From an uncultured Gammaproteobacteria bacterium (GTDB taxonomy: Bacteria > Pseudomonadota > Gammaproteobacteria > DRLM01): DNA of 64,000 nucleotides. Below the pieces are notes generated by a model that saw nothing but the letters and a program-made list of their open reading frames with translations, did no database searches and was not told the origin of the DNA. The DNA is taken from positions 1,088,001 to 1,152,000 of the forward strand of contig CAVSNY010000007.1 in assembly GCA_963729605.1 (NCBI GenBank), given 5' to 3'. Shown here piece by piece: positions 10,353 through 19,603 of this stretch (position 1 is the first letter of the stretch; every line of letters begins with the position of its first letter). A program made the position numbers and the translations under genes.

Positions 10353-13300
10353 ATGGGACGGCGGGTAAAGCGTAATCGCCATCGGCGAGGGAGCGACAAG
10401 ATCAAAGGCGGTGCTTCGCACCAGCCGCCGCCCGTCGTGCACGAGCCGATCCCGCCCCCCGACCGCGTTGACGATGGCCCGGCCGCGCCTGCCCCGGACC
10501 AAAACGAAATAGTGGCATCGCCCGCCCCCCCCTCTCCCGCCGTTGTCCCGCCGCCCCCGATCGTGCCTTCGCCGCCCAAGTCCCGCCATAAGCCGTTTTT
10601 GGCGCCGCCCTCCGTCGCCGAGGTGCGGCGGCGGGGCGGTGGGGCATGGCGCTGGCTGGGGCGCTTGGTGTTCGTCTCGCTGGTGATCGCCGTGGCGGTG
10701 TTCGCCGTCAAGGAGATGGACGACTCCACCTTGCAGGCGCGTTATCTCGCCCAACTGGGTAAAGAGGTGAGTTTTCAGGTCGAGCCCGGCCCCGCCCCCG
10801 CCGATGAAGTTCGATTCCCGGTTGCCGGCCCTTTCGATGAGCGGCTGGGTTATGTGCGGATCCCGGCATTTTTGGCGGCGCTGACCGAGAAGGGTTACCC
10901 GGTCACCGCGCAGGCCCGGATGTCGCCGCGGATGCGGCAATTGGTGGATTGGGGCCTGTTTCCCGCCTACCGCGAAAAAAACCGGGCGGGCCTCACCATC
11001 CTCGACCGCCACGGCCAGCCGATCTACGCGGTGGGTTATCCCGGCCAATTGTACGGCGAGTTCGACGATCTCCCGGCCTTGATGGTGAGCGCCTTGCTGT
11101 TCATCGAAAACCGCGAACTGCTCGACGCCCCGTCGCCGACCCGCAACCCCGCGGTGGAGTGGGACCGTTTGTTCAAGGCGGTCGGTGAACTGCTGGTGAG
11201 CAAGGTGGTGGACGACGGCAGCAATGTCGCGGGCGGCAGCACCCTCGCCACCCAAATGGAAAAATACCGCCACTCCCCCGGCGGTCTCACCCTCTCGCCC
11301 AAGGACAAGCTGCGGCAGATGGCCTCGGCCAGCGTGCGCGCCTATCTCGACGGCGAAGACACCCGGGCCTACCGCCGGCAGATCGTCCTCGATTACATCA
11401 ACTCGGTGCCGCTGGCGGCGCGGGCCGGTTACGGCGAAGTAAACGGTATCGGCGACGGTCTGCTGGTGTGGTACGGGGCCCAACCGGCGGAGACCGATCG
11501 GCACTTGCGGCGCCTGGCGGTTGAACCCGATCAAGTGAACGAAACCTCCGCGCTGGCCTATAAACAAGTGTTGAGTCTGTTCCTCGCCCAGCGCCGGCCG
11601 TCGTTTTATTTATCGGGGAAACCCGAGCGTTTGGACGGCTTGACCAATCTCTATTTGGATATGCTCGCCGAGGCCGGCTACATCCCGCCGACGCTGCGCG
11701 ACGCGGCCAAGAAGGTGACGCTGCGTTTCCGGGTCGGCGTCGAGCCGCCGCCGGTGACCTTCACCGCCAGCAAAGCCAACAACGCGGTACGCAGCCGTCT
11801 GGCCCAAGTGCTGGACGTACCGCGTTTGTACGACCTGGATCGGCTCGACCTGACGGTGCGGACGACCTTGGACAGTGAATTGCAAGGCACGGTCACCCGG
11901 ACCTTGCGCTCCCTGAAAGACCCCGCCCCGGCGCATGCCTCGGGTTTATACGGCGAACGTTTGCTGCGCGAGGGTGATGATCTCGCACGCATCGTCTATA
12001 GCTTCACCCTGTTGGAACGCACGGCCGCCGGCAATCTGGTGCGGGTGCAGACCGATAATTTCGATCAGCCCTTCGACATCAACGAAGGCGTGAAACTGGA
12101 TCTCGGCTCCACCGCCAAGCTGCGCACCCTGATCAGCTATCTCAATGTGATAGTCGCCTTGCACGAACGTTACGCGGCGCTCGACCCCGCGGAGCTGGCC
12201 AAGGTGGAGATCAGCGCCAACAATCCATTGGCGCGCTGGGCGCTGGATCATCTCCAGACCAGCGAAGACCGCGGCTTGACCGCCATGCTCGAGGCGGCCA
12301 TGGACAGGACCTATTCCGCGAACCCCGCCGAACAATTTTTCACCGGCGGCGGCCTGCACAGCTTCGAGAATTTCAACCGCGAAGACGACGGCAAGATCGT
12401 CACGGTGCGCGAGGCGCTGCGCAATTCGGTGAACCTGGCGTTCATCCGCATGATGCGCGACATCGTGCGTTATTACATGACCGCCGTGCCCGGTTCGTCC
12501 GGCAAATTGCTGGAAGACAGCGCCGATGAACGCCGGCCGGTCTATCTGGCGCGCTTCGCCGACCGCGAAGGCAGCCAGTACATGCAGCGTTTCTACCGCA
12601 AGTACCAGGGCAAGACGCCGGAGCAGGCCCTGGAGTTGTTGGTGGCGGGGATGCGGGTGACGCCGGCGCGGCTGGCGATGGTGTTCAATTCCGTCACGCC
12701 GGTCGCCAGCCTCAACGACTTCACGGCATTTCTGCGCTCCAACCTGCCGGTCACCAATCTGACGGACAAGGACATCGCCGGCTTATTCGCGAAATACACG
12801 CCGGACAATTTTTCCTTGCCCGATCGCGGCTACCTCGCGCGCGTACATCCGCTCGAGTTATGGACCGTGGCCTATATGCGCGCCCATCCTGAGGCCAAGA
12901 TGCAGGAAGTGTTGGACGCCAGCCGCGAACAACGCCAGGAAGTGTATAGCTGGCTGTTCAAGACCCGCCACAAGAATGCCCAGGACAGCCGCATCCGCAC
13001 CCTGCTGGAGATCGAGGCGTTTCAAGAGATCCATCGCGAATGGAAACGGCTGGGTTATCCCTTCGACAGCCTGGTCGGTTCGTACGCCACCGCCCTCGGC
13101 AGTTCGGCGGATCGCCCCGCGGCGCTGGCGGAGCTGATGGGCATCATCGTCAGCGACGGCGTACGTTCGCCCAATGTGCGCATGGAAGAGTTGCATTTCG
13201 CCGAGGCGACCCCGTACGAAGCGGTGGCGACGCGGCAAACCGTGGCCGGCGAGCGGGTATTGTCGGCCGAGGTCGCGCAAGTAGTGCGCCGCGCCTTGGC

Positions 13301-13823
13301 CGACGTGGTGGAGCAGGGCACGGCGCGCCGTCTCAAAAAGGCCTTCACCTTGCCGGACGGCACGGTAGTGACCGCCGGCGGCAAGACCGGCACCGGCGAT
13401 CATCGTTTCGAGGTCTACGGCAAGGGCGGGCGTTTGATCCAATCGCGGGTGGTGAACCGCACCGCGACCTTCGTATTTTATATCGGCGACCGTTTCTTCG
13501 GCACGCTCACCGCCTATGTGCACGGCCCCGAGGCCGCCAACTACCGCTTCACCAGCGGCCTGCCGGTGCAGGTGTTGAAGACCCTCGCGCCGGTGATCAC
13601 CCCGCTGTTGATCGAGGCGAAGGGCGAAGAGTCGGCTGTGCCATCGGAGGAGGTGCACGCCGTCGAAGCGATGCCGCCGTCATCCGCCGAGCCGGTGGAC
13701 GACGTGCCGGAGGACGTAGTGAAACCCGCGCTGCAAACGGAAGGTGATCCCACCCTGGAGCTGGATGCGGAACCACCGCTGGAACCCGAGTTGGAACCCA
13801 AACTGGAAATGCCCAAGGAATAA
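10353..13823 (+). CDS. Large GT51 transglycosylase / transpeptidase-like protein (class A PBP-like)
   Basis: Pro-rich N-terminus, one TM helix, IENREL, GGSTLATQMEK; SxxK (STAK), SxN (SVN), KTGT. Confidence 0.82.
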   Translation: MGRRVKRNRHRRGSDKIKGGASHQPPPVVHEPIPPPDRVDDGPAAPAPDQNEIVASPAPPSPAVVPPPPIVPSPPKSRHKPFLAPPSVAEVRRRGGGAWRWLGRLVFVSLVIAVAVFAVKEMDDSTLQARYLAQLGKEVSFQVEPGPAPADEVRFPVAGPFDERLGYVRIPAFLAALTEKGYPVTAQARMSPRMRQLVDWGLFPAYREKNRAGLTILDRHGQPIYAVGYPGQLYGEFDDLPALMVSALLFIENRELLDAPSPTRNPAVEWDRLFKAVGELLVSKVVDDGSNVAGGSTLATQMEKYRHSPGGLTLSPKDKLRQMASASVRAYLDGEDTRAYRRQIVLDYINSVPLAARAGYGEVNGIGDGLLVWYGAQPAETDRHLRRLAVEPDQVNETSALAYKQVLSLFLAQRRPSFYLSGKPERLDGLTNLYLDMLAEAGYIPPTLRDAAKKVTLRFRVGVEPPPVTFTASKANNAVRSRLAQVLDVPRLYDLDRLDLTVRTTLDSELQGTVTRTLRSLKDPAPAHASGLYGERLLREGDDLARIVYSFTLLERTAAGNLVRVQTDNFDQPFDINEGVKLDLGSTAKLRTLISYLNVIVALHERYAALDPAELAKVEISANNPLARWALDHLQTSEDRGLTAMLEAAMDRTYSANPAEQFFTGGGLHSFENFNREDDGKIVTVREALRNSVNLAFIRMMRDIVRYYMTAVPGSSGKLLEDSADERRPVYLARFADREGSQYMQRFYRKYQGKTPEQALELLVAGMRVTPARLAMVFNSVTPVASLNDFTAFLRSNLPVTNLTDKDIAGLFAKYTPDNFSLPDRGYLARVHPLELWTVAYMRAHPEAKMQEVLDASREQRQEVYSWLFKTRHKNAQDSRIRTLLEIEAFQEIHREWKRLGYPFDSLVGSYATALGSSADRPAALAELMGIIVSDGVRSPNVRMEELHFAEATPYEAVATRQTVAGERVLSAEVAQVVRRALADVVEQGTARRLKKAFTLPDGTVVTAGGKTGTGDHRFEVYGKGGRLIQSRVVNRTATFVFYIGDRFFGTLTAYVHGPEAANYRFTSGLPVQVLKTLAPVITPLLIEAKGEESAVPSEEVHAVEAMPPSSAEPVDDVPEDVVKPALQTEGDPTLELDAEPPLEPELEPKLEMPKE

Positions 13824-13860
13824 GCCGCGGGCGGCATCAAGCATCATGCATTGAGATAAG

Positions 13861-14059
13861 CCCCCGGCTCTGCCGGGGGACTCAATCAGGCTTCGAATCC
13901 ATGCGTCGGAGTTTCACCGACGGCGCGGGAGATCCAGCGCCGCTTCATCATCCTCAATCAGGCTTCGCTCCGTGCGTCGTAGTTTCACCCCTTGGGGCTG
14001 TTGGGCAAATGGACTGTCAAGCGCCGTGTCAGGGCCCGAAGCGGACGGCGTTTTCACCC
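13861..14059. repeat. GC hairpin followed by 2-3 imperfect direct repeats of about 37 bp
   Basis: cccccggc-tct-gccggggg at 13861-13879; ctcaatcaggcttcg...gtttcacc at 13881-13918 and 13953-13989; weak third copy ending near 14058. Confidence 0.7.
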
Positions 14060-14085
14060 GTGCGGCGGTCGATGTTTGAGATTTT

Positions 14086-14258
14086 ATCCCCTCCTTTCAT
14101 AAGGAGGGGTGGCCCGCAGGGCCGGGGTGGTTTTGCTTTTTTGCCAAGGCGATCGGCGGCGAAGGCCCGGCGTGACATTGATGCAAGTGCGAAGCCGAGT
14201 GATTTCTGAACCGCACCACCCACTACGGGGGCACCCCTCCTCCAAAATGGGGAGGGGC
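14086..14258. repeat. Inverted pair of double-hairpin CCCCTCCT..AGGAGGGG palindromic elements
   Basis: tcccctcctttcataaggaggggtggcccgcagggccggggtgg and the inverted caccacccactacgggggcacccctcctccaaaatggggagggg. Confidence 0.75.
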
Positions 14259-14331
14259 ATCGCGGGCAACGGTCGTGATGAAGCGGCCTGTGTGTAAAGC
14301 GCCTGTAAGGCGCCCGCATTATTAACGGCGC

Positions 14332-15060
14332 TCAAGTCCCGCCCAAACTCTCCAAGTCGCAACCGGCCGCGTCGCACACCAACACGCTGCCTTGTTCGTA
14401 CCAATCGCCCAGCACGATGCGGCGCGCCGCGTGGCCGTCCAACTCGAAGTCGTGCACGGCGGGACGGTGGGTGTGGCCGTGGATCAATTGCCGTACGCCA
14501 TGCCGGCGCATGACGTTCGCCACCGCGTCTTGGTTGACGTCCATGATCGCCTCGGCCTTTTGACTGTTGCGTTCGCGGCTGGCGTCGCGGAACTGGCGCG
14601 CCATGGCGATGCGTTGCTCGATGCCCATGGCGAGGAACTGGCGTTGAGTCTCCGGATTGCGCACATGGGCGCGAAATTGCTGATACTCGATGTCGTCGGT
14701 GCACAGGGTGTCGCCGTGCATCAGCAGGGTGCGCTCGCCGTTCAAGTCGATCAAGGTGGGATCGGCGATCAAGCGGCAGCCGCTGAGTCGTTCGAAGGTC
14801 TCGCCCAATAAAAAATCCCGGTTGCCGTGCAGCACCGAGACCGGCACGCCACTATTGGCGAGCGCGCGGAAATTTTCCAGCACGGGTTGATAGGCGGGAT
14901 GAATGGCATCGTCGCCCAGCCACACTTCGAACAAATCGCCCAGCACATACAGTGCATGTGCCCGGGCCGCGCGTTCTTGGAGGAAGTCGAGCAGCAACGC
15001 GGTGATGGCGGGCCGCTCGGCGCTGAGGTGTAGATCGGAAATGAACAGGGTAGTGCTCAT
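14332..15060 (-). CDS. lpxH: UDP-2,3-diacylglucosamine hydrolase
   Basis: FISDLH, LGDLFE, GNRDFL, MHGD, IHGHTH, LGDW. Confidence 0.95.
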   Translation of the reverse strand: MSTTLFISDLHLSAERPAITALLLDFLQERAARAHALYVLGDLFEVWLGDDAIHPAYQPVLENFRALANSGVPVSVLHGNRDFLLGETFERLSGCRLIADPTLIDLNGERTLLMHGDTLCTDDIEYQQFRAHVRNPETQRQFLAMGIEQRIAMARQFRDASRERNSQKAEAIMDVNQDAVANVMRRHGVRQLIHGHTHRPAVHDFELDGHAARRIVLGDWYEQGSVLVCDAAGCDLESLGGT

Positions 15061-15159
15061 GAACTCATCTTCGCGTCCGGCGGCTGGGATGGTCGATGGA
15101 TCGATCCGCGTAACCCCGGTCCCGCTGCGATGAACGGGCCGGGATCGCGGTCGGCGATT

Positions 15160-15756
15160 TTATTTTGCCGCGCCCACCAGGGTGACCTTCTCGATGACCA
15201 CGTTCTGGCGCGGCGCATCGGAGGGGAAGGGGCCGGCGGAACCGGTGGCGACCTTGGCGATCTTGTCCGCGACGTCCATGCCTTCCACCACGGTGCCGAA
15301 CACCGTGTAGCCCCAGCCGCGGGGATTGGGCGCGGTGAAGTTCAGAAAATCGTTGTCCACCACGTTGATGAAAAACTGCGCGGTGGCGGAGTGGGGGTCG
15401 TTGGTGCGGGCCATGGCGATGGTGCCGCGCTTGTTGACCAGACCATTGTTGGCTTCATTTTCGATGGGCTGATGCGTGGACTTCTGCGTGAAGTCGGCGT
15501 TATAGCCGCCGCCCTGCACCATGAAATTGGGGATGACGCGATGAAAAATAGTGCCGTCGTAGTGGCCTTCATTGACGTAACGCAGGAAGTTCTCCACCGA
15601 CTTGGGCGCCTTGGCGCGGTTCAGTTCGATGACGATGTCGCCCATATTGGTTTGCATGCGCACCCGCGGCTGGTCGGCGGCGGCGCCCGCGCCCTGCGGC
15701 ACGACACTGAACATAGCGCACAGACCCAGCGCGGCGAAGAGGGGGGTTTTCTTCAT
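15160..15756 (-). CDS. Cyclophilin-type peptidyl-prolyl isomerase with signal peptide
   Basis: [40 protein letters not shown]; PpiA/PpiB family. Confidence 0.93.
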   Translation of the reverse strand: MKKTPLFAALGLCAMFSVVPQGAGAAADQPRVRMQTNMGDIVIELNRAKAPKSVENFLRYVNEGHYDGTIFHRVIPNFMVQGGGYNADFTQKSTHQPIENEANNGLVNKRGTIAMARTNDPHSATAQFFINVVDNDFLNFTAPNPRGWGYTVFGTVVEGMDVADKIAKVATGSAGPFPSDAPRQNVVIEKVTLVGAAK

Positions 15757-15896
15757 GATACGGTCCTTCTTTGAAATGAAAGATATGAAAGCGGATAAGA
15801 GCAGCGGCCCATGATAGACGTTTTGGACCCGTTAAGAAAGTTGGCGGGGCCACGCCGCCTTTGAGCTGCGGCCCGCTTTCCGCTACCATGCGCGCC

Positions 15897-17303
15897 ATGA
15901 ATCAGTCCGCCGTAAAAACCCGTTTCGCCCCCAGCCCGACCGGCTTGATCCACTTGGGCAATGTGCGCACCGCGCTGTTCAACGCCCTTTACGCCCGCCA
16001 CACCCGGGGGGTGTTTTTGCTGCGCATCGAGGACACCGATCTGGAGCGCAGCCGCGGCGAACACATCCTCGCCCTGATGGAGGACCTGCACTGGTTGGCC
16101 CTGGATTGGCAGGAAGGTCCCGAGGCCGACGACACCCACGGCCCCTATGCGCAATCCCAGCGCGGCGAAATTTATCAGCGCTATTTCTCGGTATTGGAAG
16201 AGCGGGGTTTGGCCTATCCCTGTTTCTGTTCGCCGCGGGAATTGGAGCTGTCGCGCAAGACCCAGCTGGCCGCCGGCCGCCCGCCGCGTTACGCGGGCAC
16301 CTGCGCGCGCTTGAACGCCGAGGAGCGGCAAAAGCGTTTGGATAAAGGGCTGCAACCCAACTTGCGATTCCGGGTGCCGGACGGCGACGTGGTCCGCTTC
16401 GACGATCTGGTGCGCGGACCGCAGGCCTTCGCCACCGGCGACATCGGCGACTTCGTGATCCGCCGCGCCGACGGCAACGCCGCCTTCTTTTTCAGCAACG
16501 CCCTCGATGATGCGCTGATGGAAGTGACGCACGTGCTGCGCGGCGAGGATCATCTCACCAATACCCCGCGGCAGATTTTGCTGCAACAGGCCCTGGGCCT
16601 GCACACGCCGCACTACGGCCACATCAGCATGATCGTCGGCGCCGACGGCGCGCCGCTTTCCAAGCGCACCGGCAGCCGCAGCGTGCGCGAGCTGCGCGAG
16701 GCCGGTTACCTGCCGCTGGCGGTGGTGAATTATCTGGCGCGGCTCGGCCACCATTACGAGAACAACGCCTATCTCGATCTGGATGGACTGGCCCGCGAGT
16801 TTGATCTCGGCAGACTCGGCCGCTCGCCGGCGCGCTACGACCCGACCCAACTCGATTATTATCAGCGCCAGGCGGTGCAGCACGCCGACGCGGACACCTT
16901 GTGGCAATGGATGGGCGAGCCGGTGCATGCGTTGGTGCCCGCCGCGCGGCGCGAGGAATTCGTCGCCGCGGTGCGCGGCAATATCGTGCTGCCGGGCGAG
17001 GCGCTGCATTGGGCGCGCATTCTTTTCGCGGAGACCCTGGAATTGCAGGACGAGGCGCAGGCGGTGGTGACGCAGGCCGGCGCTCAATTTTTCGCGGCGG
17101 CGGTCGCTGCCCTCGAGGCGCATCCCGCCGATTACGCGGCGATGGTCGAACAACTCAAACGCGGCAGCGGCGCCAAGGGCAAGGCCCTGTTCAAACCGCT
17201 GCGCGCGGCGCTCACCGGCGAAGTGGACGGGCCGGAGCTGGCGCCGTTGTTGTCATTGATCACCGCCGAGAAGGCACGGGCGCGCTTGGCGTATTGGGCA
17301 TGA
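15897..17303 (+). CDS. gltX: Glutamate--tRNA ligase (possibly a second GluRS paralogue)
   Basis: RFAPSPTG, HLGN, LRIEDTD, HVLRGEDH, PLSKR, PLRAALTG anticodon domain. Confidence 0.92.
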   Translation: MNQSAVKTRFAPSPTGLIHLGNVRTALFNALYARHTRGVFLLRIEDTDLERSRGEHILALMEDLHWLALDWQEGPEADDTHGPYAQSQRGEIYQRYFSVLEERGLAYPCFCSPRELELSRKTQLAAGRPPRYAGTCARLNAEERQKRLDKGLQPNLRFRVPDGDVVRFDDLVRGPQAFATGDIGDFVIRRADGNAAFFFSNALDDALMEVTHVLRGEDHLTNTPRQILLQQALGLHTPHYGHISMIVGADGAPLSKRTGSRSVRELREAGYLPLAVVNYLARLGHHYENNAYLDLDGLAREFDLGRLGRSPARYDPTQLDYYQRQAVQHADADTLWQWMGEPVHALVPAARREEFVAAVRGNIVLPGEALHWARILFAETLELQDEAQAVVTQAGAQFFAAAVAALEAHPADYAAMVEQLKRGSGAKGKALFKPLRAALTGEVDGPELAPLLSLITAEKARARLAYWA

Positions 17304-17308
17304 TAAAT

Positions 17309-17427
17309 GGAGTGGCTTGGCGCGGCGTAACCCGCCAAGCCGTCGCCGGAGGCGACGCCATGAATGCCATGAGTCACCTGCGGTGACACTGTCGGCGGGT
17401 CGCGGCCTTCGGCCTAACCCATCCTAC
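17309..17427. repeat. GTAG-type REP doublet (degenerate)
   Basis: cgtaacccgccaa and cctaacccatcctac arms similar to the copies at 24772 and 26840. Confidence 0.65.
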
Positions 17428-17446
17428 ATCGATAAACAATGACACT

Positions 17447-18934
17447 ATGCTGAAAATCCACAACAGCCTCACCAAGCAAAAAGAACCGTTCATGCCGCGC
17501 GTGCCCGGCAAGGTCGGCATGTACGTCTGCGGCATGACGGTCTACGACTACTGCCACGTCGGCCACGCGCGGGTGATGGTGGTGTTCGACGTGGTGGCGC
17601 GTTATCTCCGCGCCAGCGGTTACGACGTGACCTACGTGCGCAACATCACCGACATCGACGACAAGATCATCAAGCGCGCCGCCGAGAACGGCGAGACCAT
17701 GGCCGCGCTCACCGAGCGTTTTATCCAAGCCATGCATGAGGACAGCGCGGCGCTCGGCGTGCTGCCGCCCGATCACGAGCCGCGCGCCACGACCTCGATC
17801 GACGCGATCATCGATATGATCCAGTGCCTGGTCGAGCGCGGTTACGCCTATCACGCGAAGAACGGCGATGTCTATTACGACGTCAGCCGCTTCGAAAACT
17901 ACGGCGCGCTGTCCGGCAAGCGCGTCGAAGATTTGCGGGTCGGCGAACGGGTGGCGGTGGACGAGGCCAAGGACGATCCGCTCGACTTCGTGTTATGGAA
18001 GAGCGCCAAACCGGGCGAACCGAGTTGGCCATCGCCGTGGGGAGCGGGCCGGCCCGGCTGGCACATCGAATGTTCCGCCATGTCCACTCAATGTTTGGGC
18101 GACCACTTCGACATCCACGGCGGCGGCATGGATCTCATGTTCCCGCATCACGAAAACGAGATCGCGCAAAGCGAGGCCGCCACCGGCTGTCACTTCGTCA
18201 ATTACTGGATGCACAACGGCTTCGTGCAGATCAACGAAGAGAAGATGTCGAAGTCGCTGGGTAATTTCTTCACGGTGCGCGAGGTGCTCAAGCACTTAGA
18301 TCCAGACGATTCGTTACGTGCTGGTGAAATAATTCGTTATTTCATACTCCAAAGTCACTACCGCAGTCCTTTGAATTACTCAGAGGACAATCTACAGAAC
18401 GCAAAGAACAGTCTAACTAGGCTTTATAGATCTTTGCATCTCATAGGTGGGCTTTCTCCTAGCACAGATTTCACAGACGTGGAGCATGACTATCTGGCGC
18501 GTTTTCGAGCAGCTATGGATGATGACTTCAATACGCCGGAGGCATTGGCAGTCATCGCCAGTCTCGCGAACGAAGTTAACCGCGCAAAGGATGCTAATGA
18601 CCAAGAGAACGTCTTCAGGATGGTAGGCGCCTTGGTCGAAATGGGGAAATCGCTAGGCTTGCTTCAAAGAAAGCCAAAAGACTTTCTTAAGCTCACGACG
18701 ATTTCTCGATCATTTAGGTTTACCTGGAATAATGAAATTATAACTTCAGATGCATCGCGGCAAGACAATATTGTTGGGGCGGTGGATGCTCAAGTTAGTG
18801 AATTGGTGCTGCTTCGAGAGAAAGCCCGCAAGGAAAAGAACTGGGCCGAGTCCGATCGCATCCGCGACGAGTTGAAGGCCCAAGGCGTGATCTTGGAAGA
18901 CGGGCCGCAGGGCACGACCTGGCGGCGGGCTTAA
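17447..18934 (+). CDS. cysS: Cysteine--tRNA ligase
   Basis: [41 protein letters not shown]. Confidence 0.97.
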   Translation: MLKIHNSLTKQKEPFMPRVPGKVGMYVCGMTVYDYCHVGHARVMVVFDVVARYLRASGYDVTYVRNITDIDDKIIKRAAENGETMAALTERFIQAMHEDSAALGVLPPDHEPRATTSIDAIIDMIQCLVERGYAYHAKNGDVYYDVSRFENYGALSGKRVEDLRVGERVAVDEAKDDPLDFVLWKSAKPGEPSWPSPWGAGRPGWHIECSAMSTQCLGDHFDIHGGGMDLMFPHHENEIAQSEAATGCHFVNYWMHNGFVQINEEKMSKSLGNFFTVREVLKHLDPDDSLRAGEIIRYFILQSHYRSPLNYSEDNLQNAKNSLTRLYRSLHLIGGLSPSTDFTDVEHDYLARFRAAMDDDFNTPEALAVIASLANEVNRAKDANDQENVFRMVGALVEMGKSLGLLQRKPKDFLKLTTISRSFRFTWNNEIITSDASRQDNIVGAVDAQVSELVLLREKARKEKNWAESDRIRDELKAQGVILEDGPQGTTWRRA

Positions 18935-19137
18935 ACGGTTCGCGCGAGTCATGCCGCCATTTCGTACTCGCGCTTTTATAGCTCCCAGTGCTAGGTGCTT
19001 TTTTAGTCGGCGTGTAAGCTTGTTTACATCCTCACTCAGCGTGACGGAACGGCCGGCGACCCCGGCCGTTCGTTTGCGGGCTACTGGTACTGGGTCGCCG
19101 TAAAAAATTAAAACGTGATTGACATTGCCGCCGTCCT

Positions 19138-19455
19138 CACCACCCCGCCCCTGCGGGGCACCCCTCCTCAAAGAGGAGGGGAAAAAGATTTATATCTCCC
19201 GCGCTGGGCGGGGCTGAAGCGGCCGTTGACCGCTTCCTCAAAGAGGAGGGGAAAAGATTTATATTTCCCCTCCTTCGCGCTGGGCGGGGCTGAAGCGGCC
19301 GTTGACCGCCTCCTCAAAGAGGAAGGGAAAAAGATTTATATTTCCCCTCCTTTCCAAGGAGGGGTGGACGCGAAGCGGACGGGGTGGTTACGCCTTTCCA
19401 AGGAGGGGTGGACGCGAAGCGGACGGGGTGGTTACGTCTTTCCAAGGAGGGAAGG
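19138..19455. repeat. Palindromic element pair with internal tandem amplifications
   Basis: Three copies of cctcaaagaggaggggaaaaagatttatat separated by identical linkers, then 2.3 copies of a 42-bp unit cctttccaaggaggggtggacgcgaagcggacggggtggttacg. Confidence 0.85.
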
Positions 19456-19603
19456 ATCTATGTATGGTGGGCAGGGTGGTGACTTTTTGCAGGCGGGATG
19501 CGATAGATCGACGGCATCTTGATTCCCCGCGTGAGCTTGGATAACGCGGTTTTAGTAGACACGGAATTTTTAAACAATAACGCAAACCGAGGTTGACGCC
19601 ATC

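Noticed and set aside
18295-18822. Intein, intron or DGR variable region in cysS
   Set aside because: No splice motifs, CysRS motifs continue through the patch, and no reverse transcriptase or template repeat is in the window.
19160-19345. CRISPR array
   Set aside because: The linkers between repeats are identical and no cas genes are present; it is a tandem amplification.
19115-19544. ORFs over the repeat cluster
   Set aside because: Translations of palindromic repeats, not plausible proteins.
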